64,000 nt of DNA from Nitrospirota bacterium (lineage in GTDB: Bacteria; JACPQY01). Shown in pieces: positions 1 through 15,000 of the stretch. The notes under the pieces are model-generated. The model searched no databases. It was not told where the DNA came from and saw only the letters and a program-made list of their open reading frames with translations. Made by a program: the position numbers and the translations under genes. Each line of letters begins with the position of its first letter. The stretch's first letter is position 1. The stretch spans positions 1-64,000 of the forward strand of contig JACPAV010000010.1 in assembly GCA_016180645.1 (NCBI GenBank), given 5' to 3'.

Positions 1-1
1 C

Positions 2-3000
2 GATCCTAATTCAAACGATTTCGGCGACCTCAACGTGGTGGAGTGGAGGGGTACCGTCTACACGACCCTCGCGGACTGGCAGGGGTCCGGCAACGGCTTT
101 GACGCGAATGCCACGGAGGGCGCCCCGCAGTTCATCAGCACGCAGGCTCCATTCGATTTTCACGAGCGGTCCAACTTTGGAACGTGGTGCCCCTGCGGGA
201 TGCAGGACGACCCCCTCGACGGCTATCCGGCCACTCCGATCTGCAACGGCTGCTCCGCGGGTGTGAACGCGGCCTGTGACCGGACCACCGCAGACCCCGA
301 TTGCTGGTTCACCTTCTCCAACCATTCCCTGGCCATCGATACCGGAGCGAACGCCGGTTCATACACCAGCTTCTCGAATGAAGTGAAGGACAACGGCGGA
401 CGGCGGAACGCCGGCCGCTACGGGGATACCACCGAGGCCTCCCTCTCCGGCTGTCTCACCTTCGACAACTCCTGGGTGGGGAAGACGAACACGTCGTGGA
501 GCACGGCGAGCAACTGGTCCACGGCGGGCGTACCCGGCGCGGGCCAGGCCGTCTGCATCGGCGACCCCGCCGGCTTCGCGAACAATCCGATCCTTAACGC
601 GGACAGCATCATCGGCTCGCTCACCGTCCGCTCCGCATTCGGGTCCGGGCTTCTCGCCGGGGTCCTCGTCATGGACAATGCGAGCGGCACGGGAGGCGGC
701 GTCTGCGGAGGCGCCACGCGGGATTGCATTCTCACCGCGACGGGTAGTGTCGATTTGCAGACCGGCGCGACGCTCACCTTCACGGCAGGCGACGCGGGAC
801 GCCTGCGTATCGGGCGCAACTTCACCCAAACCGGCGCCTTCGGCACGAACAGCGGAACGGTTGAACTCTGCGCGGGCGCCGATGACGCCGCCGTGCCTGG
901 AAATCCGGATTGCGGCACGGCCGCAACACAGTGCATCGACGCCTCGGGCGATTTCTGGACGCTCAAAGTGACGAACGCGCTCGGCGCCTCCGCCGCCTGC
1001 CCGGCGCCGTGCGCGGGGTCCGGGTTCGTCTGCACCGGATCGAACTTCGGCATCAAGAACTCTTTCGACTCGAACGGCAAGTTCCTCGCGTCCGGTGGCG
1101 CCGTCACACTGAACGGCGCGAGCGCCGAAACGATCACCGGCGCGGCGGGCGACGCCTTCGCCACGCTCACGATCAACGATGCGAGCGATCCCGGCACGAT
1201 CACGATGGACTTCAACGGGACCGTTCAGGTGAATACGGCGCTGAACGTGGCCGACGGCAAGCTCTCGATGACGGGTCCCGATGTCCTCGCGTTTGCGAAC
1301 GGCGCCGCGCTCTCGGTGACCATGCCCGACGGATACCTCACGACGAATCTGACCGGCGGCAAGCCGACGATTCGCGGTCCCGTGGACGGCGGCAACAACT
1401 GCACGGGCACGTATGGCTTCAACCTGGACGGCACGGCGTCCACCCTCGACGTCAACGGCGTCGTCCTCCGCTGCCTCAATGACACGGGCCTGAATTTCTC
1501 GGCGGCCGCCTTCGCCCGATTCCAGGATGCCGAGTTCCTTCGCCCCGGACTGGTGGTCACCAACACCTCTCGCCACATCAGCCTCCCGGCGGCAGCCGCT
1601 TTCACCCTCATCGGTCCCACCTTCGACGGCAACGCCAACTACAACATCTACGAGGCGGCCGCGTCGACGGCCACGGTGACCGTGGCGGGCGGGCTCGGCG
1701 CGAAAGGTGAAGAGACGGAGTCGGGAGCCGACGGAACGGGCGAATCGAACGATTGCGACAACGGCGACGATACCTACAGCTCGGGGCTGTTTGGTTTCGC
1801 CGCGAACAACGGTTGCGGCGACAACTCCACCGCCTCGGAAGGAAAGATTTCGTGGACGTATCCCCATTTCACGTGGACGGGCACGATCAACTCCGATTGG
1901 AACAACCCCGGCAACTGGAACCGCATCGACAAGGGGGACTCCTGCACCACCGCCACCGAGCTCTGGCCGGGGCAGAGCGCGGTCTCCCAATACTGCGACG
2001 TCCTCATCATGGACCAGGCCAACGACCCGGTCATGAACGTGGACGGCATCACGCGCGACCTGACCGTGGCCAACAGCGGCGTTCTGAATCCAAACGGCAA
2101 AATCCTGTCCGTCTACGGCAACCTCACCAAGGATTCCAGCTCGACCTTCTCGTCCAGCGTCGACCTTCGGGCCGTGGGCGGCAACAACCAAAACTTCGTT
2201 TTCTCGGGCGCCTCCACGCAGACGATCTCCCAGCTCACCACGAACAAGACCGTGGGCAAAGCGATGACGCTCAACACGAGCCTGATTGTGAGCGGGACGA
2301 CAACGGTGACCTCGGGAACCTTCCGATTGGGCGGCGGAATCACGTTCGAGCCGCAGGCCGCCCTTACGGTGAGTTCGAACGGGACGTGGGATCTCGGATC
2401 GAGCTCCACCACGAAGCGCGGCAACAACGTCACCCTCGACGGGACCTTCGCGTCGGCTGGAACCAGTGTCATCACGACCAACGCGCGCAACGCCGTGGAA
2501 GCCTCCGCCGATCCCTGCGGCGCGCGCAATGCCTTCAATGTCGGCGCCGGCGGCGCCGGAACCCTGAACGTCTCCGGGCTGACGTTCCTCTGCGCCGATG
2601 CAAACGGGTTCCAGATCCAGAACGGCGTGACGCTCACCGCGCTCAACAACGTCACGTTCCGCCATGCCCCGTCGGGTGGGACCCATCTTACGATCAACCG
2701 CGCGGCCGGCTCGGCAGCGAAGACATTCACCGGCATGGCCTTCGATCCGACCTTCAACGAAACCGGCTGCGCCGGGGCCTCGGGTCAAATCGTCCGCAGC
2801 ACGGGCGGCGCGGGATCGGGAGCGATCACGATTCAAGACTACGAGTACGGCGGCACGTGTACCGACCCGGATGCGATGGATACCGAAACGACCATCGACA
2901 ATGTCTGGCGCAGCAAGACCAACTGGTCGGGCAACTGGCGGAAACGTCTTCCCGTCACGATCAACAATACGACCGGCGCCGCCTTCGACGAAGGCCGAAG

Positions 3001-6000
3001 CGTACACTACAAAACCAGCGTCGCGGCCTCGCCGGGGAACGCCGTCTGCAATGGGAGCGAGGACGCCACCGGGCCGGACAAGCGCGAGGATTTCCGGCTG
3101 ATGGCTTCCGATGGCGCCCAAATGGACCACATTCCGGTCGAGATCAAGAACTTCAATTGCCCGGGGGCCGGCACTCACGACATCGAGTTCTGGTTCAAAC
3201 TCCCGCGCCGGGTCCCCGCCGGAGGGTCGGACACCGGAGTCTCCTTCATGTACGGCAACGACGGGAGCGCCACGACGTCGCCTTCCCAGCCGACCTACGA
3301 CGACAGCGAGCTCACGGCCTCGGCCGTCGATTGCGACGCCGTGGACGGCGCGCCCGACTACTGCGGAGAGGGCGCCGAGGTCACGATCACCGGCCTCTGG
3401 AACGAGACTCATAACTGGACGCCGTGCTTCCTCCCGGACGCCTACACGCAGGTCGTGATCGACGAAGGAGTCACTCCCTTCCGTTTTTCACCCACGGTGA
3501 ACGTGCCCGTGACGATTCGAAAACTCGACGTGATCGATTCCCGCGCCACGGCCGATACCACCGACGCCCTGGTCGTCACTACGAACAACCTCACGGCCAG
3601 CGGCAATATCGAAATCCTGACGAACGGGAAGATCGATGCATCCGCGTCCTCCGCCGCCATCACGCTCGCCGGTTCGTGGGGAAACTCCGGCTCGTTCCTG
3701 GCCGGGCAAACCACGGTCACTTTCAATGGAACGGCGAGTCAGTCCATCTCGGACACCAAGGGCACCCCGGACCCCTTCTACAACCTCACGATATCCGATC
3801 GCGTGAACGGCACGTGCGCCGATCGGAAGGTTTGCGCAAGCACGTCCTTTACCATCAAGAAGAACTTCGTTTCCTCCGGCGATTTCGAGTCCACGAGCGG
3901 AACGACCACCTTCGGCGGAACGACGACCCAGACGCTCACCGCCGCCGCGGGGGACATTTTCAACAACCTCACGATCAACAACTCCGGCGCAACGCAGGCC
4001 GACGAAACCGTGACGGCGACCAACTCAACGTTTTCCGTTACCGGTTCCGCGGGCGGCACGCTGGCGGTCTCGGATGGAACCCTGAAACTGGTCGGCGCCA
4101 CCATCGCGAAAGTCAAGACGGCGGTGGACGTCCAGTCCGCCGGCACGCTGCGAACGGAAACGTCCGGCGGCACCCCATGCTTCACCAATCCGCAGAGCAC
4201 GTCGTGCGGCGCCTCCTCGGCCGGGAACAACTTCGCGTTCACCGTATCGGGGACGTTCGACGTGAGCGGACTTGCCGTGGACCGCGCCGATGCGAGGGGA
4301 TTGGACGTTCAAAGCACGGCTACCGTGACCCAGGCGAGCGAACTGTTGTTCACGAACAGCCTGGGCGGGGGCGCCTCGGCCTACATCAATCTGCCCAATT
4401 CGGCGCTCGCCTATTCATTCCTCCTCCCCAGCTTCGACGCGGCGCCCACCTACAACATCCGCGCCACAACGGTGAACCCCACCGCCGGCGTGATTGGAGC
4501 GGGAGGAGCCAAGGGGCAGGAGGATTCCACGGGCGGGAACGGGATCGGCGGCGAGGAAAACGATTGCGACCCGAGCGACGCCGGCTACACGGGCGCCGGC
4601 GCCGGATGTGGAAGCACGGTGGACGGCAGCCAGGGCCAAATCACGTGGTCCTACCCGAACTTCATCTGGGAAGGGGATTGCAGCGCGGCGTGGGACGACG
4701 GCCGAAACTGGAAGACCCATTCAAACGCCGCCGACTATCCGGGGTGCACCGGCGGCGCGCCCTGCACGGCCGGGTCGCATGACGTGTTGATCCAGGCGCC
4801 GATTGCCGCCGGTCCCGATCAGGACGGCGACGGCTGCACGGCCTCCAACAACCCCACGCTGTCCGCCCCGGCCGCGATCACCCTCCGCGATCTTACCCTG
4901 GCCGGCGGCGCCAACCTCACGTTGAGCAACACCTCTCTCACGCTCTCCCGCACCTTCTACAAGTCCGGCGCGGCCGCGGTCTCCCACACGGCCGGCACGC
5001 TCATCCTGAACGGCGCGGATGTTGGGGGAGCGACACACGACGTATCGATCTACGGCGCCACGGAGCTCAAGAATTTCCAGATCAGTCACGCGAACATCAC
5101 CGCGCGGTTCATGGGCGGCCCGCTGACGATCGACAACAGGCTGAACGTCACCGTCGGAACGTTCGATCTCAACGGCAACCGCGTCATCGTGCAGGGAACG
5201 ACCACGCCGGCCTCGGCGCTGACCGTGACGGGCACGCTCTACATGCCGGGGTCTTCGAGACTGGAGCTGGAAGACGTGGCCGCCTCCCTCACCGCCTCCA
5301 TCACCACCGGCCGGCTCACCACGCTGAAAAATACACAAGGCACGCCCACGATCACCGCCAAGCCGCCGGGAAGCGCGCCGGTGTGCAACGCAGACCGCTC
5401 CAAGAGCTTCGCCTTCAACTTGACCGGGACGTCCATCCTCGACGTGGACGGCCTCAACTTCTCCTGCGCGAACATCGCGGGCTTCACCGTCGCCGCCGGG
5501 ACGAACATCTCCAAGTTCAACAACGTCAGCTTCACGAACGCCACGCCGTCCTCCGCCTACAACGGCGCCACCCACATGACCATCACCGGCCCGGTGACGG
5601 GCACCACCTCCTTCAGCTTGATCTCGTTCGACGACAGCTACGTGGAGCAGGGAGTCGTGTCCGTCGGCGCCGTCGTTCGCGCCCGAGGGGACAACGCTCC
5701 GGTACAGGGCTCCTGCAACTCCGATCCGCCGGGGGGGGGGTGCGAACTCTTCACGTTCACTCAGTACAGCTACGGAGGCCTCTCCGCCCCCCAGACGGTG
5801 GATGAAACGCTCAACGGAAGTTTCATCCGGTGGACCCGCACCGCGAACTGGGCCGCGCGGTGGGACAAGAAACGGCAGATCACGATCCGCGAGTGCCCGG
5901 CCGGCGCGTGCGACGCGAACGACGTGGCCCGGCTCTACTTCGACTCCACCACGGTTCCGACCGGCTCGGACCTGTGCGCGGCCAGCACGAGCGCCGTGAA

Positions 6001-9000
6001 GGGCAACGACATCCGGATCTACTACGCAGCCTCGCCTCCGCAGGAAGTCCCCCGCCAGATGGTCCAGATGAACTGCACGACCAATGTCGTGGAGATCAAG
6101 TACAAACTGGTCAATACGATCGGCGGCGTGCCCAACAACGACTACTTCCTCATGTACGGCAGCTCGAACGCGCCGGATCCCTGCACGCAGAACCCGACGA
6201 TGTGCGTCACGCTGGACGAAACCCTTTTTTCCGACGGCTTCGAACGGGGCAGCCTGACGACGAACTGCTCCGACAGCGGCGCGGGATCGTGCAACGGCGA
6301 TACCGGCATCGGCGCGGGCTGGATCGAGAACCAGTGCAACGCGACGCTCGATGACGAAGCCATCATCAGCGACGCCTCGGACAACCCGAACGTGGTCGGC
6401 GGCGGCCGCGGCCTGGAGGTCGGGGGCCTCAACAACGGTCCCGGCGTCGTCTGCGCCGACACGCCCCAAATCAACACCACCGGAAGACGGGATGTCCACG
6501 TCATCTACTACCGCCGGACGATGGACAACTTCGCCGGCGGCAACGACAACTACCGAGTCCAGTTCCTGGATGTCACCAGCACCGTCCGCGCCATTGAAGG
6601 TCCCACCGGCTCGGGCAGCCCGTGGACCAAGATGGACTTTCTAATCACCACGCCCGCCTGGATCGACAATGGCGCCTGCGCCCCCAACTGCAACGTTCGA
6701 GTGAGGTTCAAGGACGACGGCCGGAGCGATCCCCAACTGGGCGAGGACATGTGGGTGGACGATATCCAGGTCGTGGCGCTGCCACTCGATCTGGACGGAA
6801 ACGTCGCGTTCGGCGGCTCTTGCGGCCGGCGGATCTGCTTCAGCGCCGTAGAAACGGACGTCCGGGGCAAATGGTCCGAACCCTTCAACTGGTCGCCCAA
6901 GCAGGCCACGGATGCCAACACGGACGTGATGATCAACAACGCAACCACGGCGTTCCGGTGGGATCCGGACGTGGACGTGGCCAGTGCGGCTTTTTCCATC
7001 CAGGTGGTGGACAGCCGCTCCTCCGAGGCCTCGGATGCAAATCAACTCTCTCTCTCTCCCGCGGCGACCCTCACCGTCACCTCCGGTTTCACCGTCGGCG
7101 CGAACGGGAAGGTCGGCGGGCTCCGGGAGGACAACCTCACGCCCGGCATTGAGGCCAATCTCGATGTGAACGGGATGCTGAGCGTGGACGCCGGCGGCAC
7201 TCTCGATTTCACCGGATCGAGCAACACGTTGACCGTCGCCGGAGATTTCACCTCGAACGGAACGTTCTCCCCCGGGTCGAACACGATCACCCTCGACGGA
7301 AGCAGCGCGTCCAATCAGGTTCTTACGACGGCTCCGGCAACCGCATTCAATCATTTGACGATCTCGTACACCGGAACGGGCGATGTGACGACGGCGTCCA
7401 CCTTCAGCGTGGCGGGCAATTTCACCTCGAACGGCCAGCTCAATCAAAGCGCGGGAACGATCACAATGAACGGCACGGGTGCCCAAACGTTCGCCACCGC
7501 GGCAGGGGACATCCTCGGCGCCCTCACGGTGAACAACACGGCCGACCCGGCCATCAACCAGGTCGTGATGACCAATTCCACCGTCCGAATCAACGGGGCC
7601 GTAACGATTTCCCAAGGGGCGTTCAAGATCCAGGGATCCAGCGTGCTCAATGGAGGCACGGGGCTCACCGTCGGCGCGAACGGCCGGCTGATCGTGAACT
7701 CCACAGGGGCAGGAAAGCCGCTCATCGATTCAACGGGCGCCGGCACGAATATCAGCTTCGCGGTCACCGGCAAGCTGGACGTCAACGGCCTCACGCTCCG
7801 GCGCCTCAACAACTTCGGCCTCGTCGTCAACAGCGGCGCCCAGGTCCTGGCCTTGAACGAAGTCGGCTTCGAGACGGGGCAAAACGGCGCGGGATCCGTC
7901 TACATCGGCCTGCCGACGGATGGCGTCGACTATTTCTTCCTCCTTCCTACGTTCGACGCGAATGCGGCCTACAACATCAAGGTCGCCGCGGGCTATCCCG
8001 GCGTCAACACCGTTCGCGTCGAGGCGGCCGCCGGAGCGAAAGGCCAGGATGACTCCACCGGGGGCAACGGGATCGGCGGCGAAGAAAACGATTGCGATCC
8101 CGGTGATGCCGGGTACACGGGAAGCGGGGCAGGGTGTGGCAGCACCACCGATGCAAGCCAGGGACGCATCGCGTGGAGCTACCCCAATTACATCTGGGAC
8201 GGCGACAACGGCGTCGGCGGCGATTCGGATGGCCTCTGGACGACGGCGTCCAACTGGAAGAGCGGCCTCGCGCCGTCCACCGGGGACTGCCCGAGCACCG
8301 ACGACGTCCTGATCGCCACGCCGGCCGTGAACGATTGCAGCGGCGGCACCGCCCCGTGCTGGCCCGCCTTCGGCGCCGGATCGGTGTTCGTCAACAACCT
8401 CACCTTGGCCGCGGGAACGACCCTCACCGTGAGCACGGCCGGGACCTTCGGGATCTGCGGCGACTTTTTCAAGAGCGGCACGGCCGCGCTTTCCCACACG
8501 GCAGGAACGATCGAAGCCAGAGGAGCGAACAGCAAGGATTTTACCCTCCTCGGGAACGCGACGTTCAATGCCTTCCGCCTCAACAAGGGCGCCGCAGCGA
8601 CAACGCTCACGCTCAAATCGGGCGATCTCACGGTGAACACCGTCACGAATCTCGACGTCGGCACGCTCGACCTGGCCGGGCGGACGTTGACCTCGGTCGG
8701 AAACCTCACCGTCGCCGCCAATGGAGTCCTGAACCTGACCTCGGTTTCAGCGCTCAAGATGGGAAACACCGCCGCGGCTGCCGTCAACGGGAAACTGACG
8801 AGTCCCTCCGGCAGCAACCCGACCATTACCGGGAACGGCGCGCCTTGCACCGCGGGCCGCTATGGATTCACGGTGTCCGGCGCGGGCGCCATATTGGACC
8901 TCTACGCGCTGAACTTCTCGTGCGCCAACGCCAGCGGCTTCAACGTTCAATCGACTGTTCCGGTCGGCGGATTCGTGAGGATGGACAATGTCAACTTCAC

Positions 9001-12000
9001 CAACGCCTTGTCCGGGGGAACGCACTTCCGCGTCGATCGCTCCGCCGGGCCGGACGGCTTCACGTTCTCCCTCCAGAATCCGTCGTTCGACAACTCGTTC
9101 ACGGAAGGGTCGGGCTTCATCGTTCGGGCCGTGGGCAACGGCGCCCCGGCGCAGGCTTCGTGCAATCCCGATCCCCCCGCCGGCGGCTGCGAAATCATCA
9201 CGTTCAACAACTTCTCCTACGGCGGGAGCGGCAGCCCGCCCAACCTGGACGAGCAGACCAGCGGCATCCTTGCCCGCTGGACGCGCGCCCAGCGGTGGAA
9301 GGGCAACTGGCAGAAACGCCGGCAGATTACGATCAACAACACGGGCTCGGCCGCGGATACCGTCCGCCTGTACTTCGACGGGACAACCAATCCCACGGCG
9401 TCCTCGCTGGTCGGCCAGACGTTCTCGGCTCCAAATTGCGACGACCTCCGCGTGTACTACAACGGAGCGCCGAAACAGGACGTGGCGCGGTCCGTCCTCC
9501 AATGCACAAGCAGTGTCATCGAAATCAAGTTCAAGCTGGTGAATGCGATCACGAGCGCGCCGAACAACGAGTATTTCCTCTACTACGGCAACCCCGCGGC
9601 GGCGACCCCCCCGACCTACACGGCCGATACCGTGCTTTTCCAGGACGGCTTCGAGCGGCCTACGGGAGCCACCGTGGGCAATGGGTGGGTCGAACAGGTG
9701 GCCGATCCTGAACTCACCGGTATCTGCGCCGCGGGGGGATCGAGCGCAGGCGTCGCCGTGGGCCACACCAACAGCGACCCGAACGGCGGCGGCGCCGCCG
9801 GCGGTTCTCTGGCGAACTCCTTCCTCTACCGAACGTTGTCCACCTCCGGATCCAGGCGGATCGTCGTGACCTACACCCGGAAAACGACCGCGGATAACAA
9901 CTTCGACAACAACGATTTCTTCCGGATGGAGGCCTGCTCCGCGGCCGGCGCCTGCGCCCCCGTCACCGAAACCGCGGGATACCCGTGCACGGCGCTTTCC
10001 GGCTCGCTCTCCTGGGTCGGGGCGCGGACGAGCATCGACTACAACCAGCAGTTCGCCACGGTGGAGTGCGTTCTCGGGGCGGCCTACGAAAACAACGCCA
10101 ACTTCGCCCTCATGTTCGACATGGATCGGGACATCGCTTTCGACGAGGACCTGTGCGTCGACGACGTCAAGATCGAGTCCAAACCCCTGAACATCGACAT
10201 GAAGACGGGACAGGCCTCCGTGAGCGCCGTGGAGGAGCCGACAACGGGTGAATTCACCGATCCCTTCAATTGGACTCCGTTCGGCTCGCCGGACACCACC
10301 ACACTGGCCCGCATTGAATATGGTGAATTGATCTCGGGCGTGGCGAACAATTTCCGCCACGGGCCGGATGTGGATGCCGCGACAACCGTGTTCTCGCTGG
10401 ACGCCATCAACACCCAGTCGGCCGTGGATGGCGCAGGGGATGCCCTCAACATCACCACCGCCGCCCTAAGCACCATCGGGTACATGAACGTCGGGACGAA
10501 CGGGAAGGTGGATGCCTCAACGTCGTCCGTCACGCTCCAGGTGGGAGGCAATTGGACCGACGCCGGCGCGGTCGGCAAGGGGTATCTGGCCGGAACGACC
10601 ACGGTGCAGCTCAACGGCGCGGGCGCTCAAGTCGTAACCACTTCGAAGGACCTGTACAACCTGACCGTCTCCAATACGGCGGCCGCCGGAATCAATGTGA
10701 CGACGGCCTCCAGCTTCAAAGTAACCAATCTCTTCAGCTCGAACGGCAAGTTTGTCGCCTCCACCCCCAGCACGATCACGCTGGAGGCCGCCGCGAACAA
10801 GGCGTTCGCCGCCACGGGCGCCTGCACGGGACCGGGATACACGGATTGCGATGCCTTCTTCAATGTCACCTTCAACAACACCGGCGCCGCGGGGTCGGAT
10901 CGGTACAGCGCCTCCGACTCCCGATTCCGCGTGAACGGCGTGATGGCCCTCACGGACGGCGTCTTTGTCCTGAACGGCGATGGCGCGGATGCCGATGCCC
11001 TCAACGGCCAAATCATCTTCGGACCTTCGGCCCTCCTCGATCTCCAGGCCGGGGCGGAACTCGAAACACGCAAAACCAATGCCGCGAAGCACTGCGACGC
11101 CAACGATGCGGCGCCCTGGGCGATCGACGATCCGGCCAATACCTTCCCGAAACTGACCACCAGTTCGGCCGCGTCCTATTTCGCTTTCAACAGCGCCGGC
11201 ACCATGGACTTCGACGGCCTGATCGTCGAACGCCCGAACAACAACGGTCTGACGATCACCTCCACCGCGAGCGACCGACTCGTGGCCTTCCGCGATGTCT
11301 GTTTCGTGAGCGGGCAAAACAGCGGCGCCCATGCCCGCTACTTCGCCGCGCCGAACGCGAGCGTTTCCTACTTCCTCCTCCGGCCGTACTTCGACGCCGG
11401 CGCGATCTACAACGTCTACACGCCGAACGCCGTGCCCACGGTAACGATGGCCCAGGCCCAGGGTCCGACGGGGGAGGAGACCGAAAGCGGCGCCGACGGC
11501 ACCGGCGAGTCCAAAGATTGCGATGGCGGCGACGCCTCCTACGCGCCCACCCCCAGCGCCGCCGCGCCCACCAACGCCGGTTGCGGCGATGCGGGCGCCA
11601 CCTCGCAGGGTCGCGTCATCTGGGTCTACCCCGGCTTCATCTGGACCTCGGCCACCGGCGTGGCCAACAAATGGGACGACGCGGGCAACTGGTCGTGCGC
11701 CGTCACTCCGACTTGCACGGACGCCATGTGTGACACGGATGGCAACGGCGGCGGGGACGTGACCGGCGCCAAGTGGCCGGATGTCACCACGCCGGGATGC
11801 ACGATCCTCATCTTGGATCAGGACGACGACCCCGATCTCTCAGGCGCGCTGAATGCCGTGTCAAAAGACCTGGTCGTGGCGACCGGAACGCTGAACATCA
11901 CCACGTCTGGAAATCTCGACGTGACCGGCGATCTCTTCCGCGGCGCGGATTCGGACCCCGCCACCTTCAATACGGGGAACGGCGACGCCGAGATCAACCC

Positions 12001-15000
12001 GTCCGTCGCCGGCGGACCGATCCGCATGGGAACGGCGGCCGGAACGGATGCGGCGCTCCAGCGGATCACGCTCTCGGGCGGAGGCGCCCTCCGGAAACTG
12101 ACGATCCGCAATGGGAACAACGGCGCGGACACGACCCCCAACACGCCGGACGACGGAACGGTCCGCCTCGAAGACAACATCTCGATCCGCAATGTCGTGA
12201 ACGTGGATGACGGCATCCTCGACCTGAACGGCAAGACCGTCTCGATGGACGATGCGGCGAGTTTCAGCGTCAACCTGAACGGCCGGCTGAAAACGAGCGG
12301 GGTAAGCACGATCACCGCCATGGATTCGAACACGGCCACTCCGGAGATCGATTGCCAGGCCTCCCGCTTTGTATTCGACATCAACGGCAGCGCGGATATC
12401 GACGGGCTTGACGTGGCCTGCGCCAATTCGAACGGCATCCATGTCGCCTCGACCGCCACGTTGACCACCGCCGCCCCCCAACTGGAGAAGTTCCGCGATG
12501 TCCGTTTCCACCAGGGCGTGTCGGGCGGAACCCACTTCACCATCGAACGTCCAAGCGGCTGGAGCAACGATTCCGCCGGCACGCTCGACTGCCCGGACGC
12601 CGGACTTGTCCTGTTCCGCGACTTCAAGTTCGACGGCACGTTCAATGAAGCGACGGGCCATATCGCGCGCGGCAGCGGCGTGGCGGGAGGGGCCGAAGAG
12701 CGCATCCGGTTCTGCGACTACTTCTTCGGCGGCGTGAACGATCCGTCCGGTCTCGATCAGGAAACGAACATCACCCTCCTGTGGGGCCGCTCGCCCGTGT
12801 GGAACGGCAACTGGGACTACAAGCGCGCCGTCACCGTCTGCCCGCCGGGGATCTGTCCCGCGCCCCAGAGCACCGCGAAGAAGGGCCGCGCGCGCATCCA
12901 TCTGACGGGCGCCGACGCGGCGGACGTGTTCGGCAACAGCCGGGCCGACGCGAACGACGTGCGCATCGTCGGCTTCGTGGCGAACACCGGCAAGTTCGAG
13001 GTTCGCGAGGTGCAGCGCGTGATCGACACCTTCAACGCGACGGACGTCATCCTCCGATTCGACCTCATCCAGGACGCGAGCGTGGACAACCGCGACTACA
13101 CCCTCTACTTCGGGAACCCCGGCGCCGCCGCCCCCGCGGCGTGGACGCCGCCCTCGAATCCCCCCGTCACGCGCGATCAGGACAGCGGCCATGTGACCGT
13201 TGCCGCCCGCTCCACGATCGCCGGTCTTTGGTCCGAACCCTTCAACTGGACGCCGATGGGGGCGCCGGATGAAAACAGCACGGCCGTCATCGACGCGTCG
13301 ACTCAGTGCTTCCGGAATGCGCCGACGCTCGATGCCGCCGTGGATCTGGCGAAGGATTCCACCAACGATGACGACTACAAGGTGTTCTCGATCCTGGCGA
13401 GGGACACACGCACCGGTTGCCCCCCGGCGGCCGCCGCCGCGCTGACCCTCACGGCCGAACCGTTCCAGGTCCAACGCGACATGTGCATCGGCATCGGCGG
13501 TTCCACCTGCGCGGGCGCAACGGGACTCAGCGCCCAGGTGGATGCCGCCGGCCTGACGACGACTTTCAAAATCGGCCGCCACTGGCGCGACAAGGCCCCG
13601 GCGGCGCAGGGATTCCTGCCGGGCAATACGACCATCGAACTCAACGGGACCGGCCTCCAGGAAATCGATATCTCCAACAACAAGGATTTCTACAACCTTA
13701 CGGTGACGAATTCCTCCGCGGCCGTCAGTTGCGCCGGACCGACGAGCGGAGTGTGCACCGATGATTCGTTCGGCGTGCTCAAGAACCTGACCTCGAACGG
13801 ACGCATGGGCGTGGGGCCGGGCGTTCCGGGAACCGTCACCTTCAGGGGGAGCGCGAACCAATCGCTTTCCCTCAACGTGGACGGCGCCGCGCCGGACGAC
13901 AATCTCAACAGTGTGACCGTCGACAATTCGGGCGGGGTCCCCAACAACGTGGTCACTTTGACCGCCAACGGGCGCATGGACGGAGCTCTGGCCGTCAACG
14001 GCGGCGTTTTCTCCATCACGGGCCTCAAACAGATCAAGGTCGGCTCGGCCGTGAGCGTGGCCTTGGGCGGGACGTTCCGCGCGGCGCCCGACGGGGGAGG
14101 AAAGCCGATCCTGGTGGACACCAGCAGCTCGGATGGGGCGGCCGCCAATTGTTCGAGCGACTATTCTTTCGATCTGGACGGCGTGGCGGACGTGAGCGGG
14201 TTGGAAGTCCGGTGCGTCGACGCGGCCGGAGTGGACGTGAGCGTTTCGGGCACTCTGACGGCTTGGAATGAAGTCGAGTTCTCCAGGCCTTCCAGCCCCG
14301 GCGCCGGCTCGCGATACATGAACTTCGCCAACGTCGCGAGCATCTGCGCGGGGGCGACGTGCTCGATCCTCCTCAACAGTTTCGATGCCAACACGGACAA
14401 GAACGTTCGCATCGCCGCCGGCGCCGGCCTCGCCCTGGACATGGTCAATGCCCTCGGCGCGAAGGGCCAGCGGGAGGCCTGCCCGGGCGCCGGAGGCAAT
14501 AACCTGGGCGGGGAGGAGTACGACGACGACCCGGATGACGTGACGGGCGGCGGGAGCGTCGATTGCCCCTTGACCGAAGGCCGCATCACCTGGCGCTACG
14601 CGCACTACCTGTGGCTCGGAGGCGCGGGGGCCGGTTGCGCCACGGCCACCGCTCAGGCGATCTGCTGGGAGAACGCCAACAACTGGCAGGTGAACCCGAC
14701 CTCGGGCGGAACGTGCGATGCGCCGCCCTCCTATCCGAACAACGCGGCCGCAAGCAACGGGTGCGACATCCTCATCCTGGACCAACCCAACGATCCCACC
14801 TTGGTGACGGATATCGACATCCGTGACCTCCTGCTGGTCGGCGGCACGGTCCTGACCGTCAACGCCGGATCCACGACCCAGTCGCTACGCCGCGAATTCT
14901 TCAAGAGCGCCGCCGCCGACATCGCCCACAACAGCGGCACCTTCACACTCTCCCAGGCGGGCAACGCCAACCTGACCGTCTTCGGAGGGGAAACATTCCA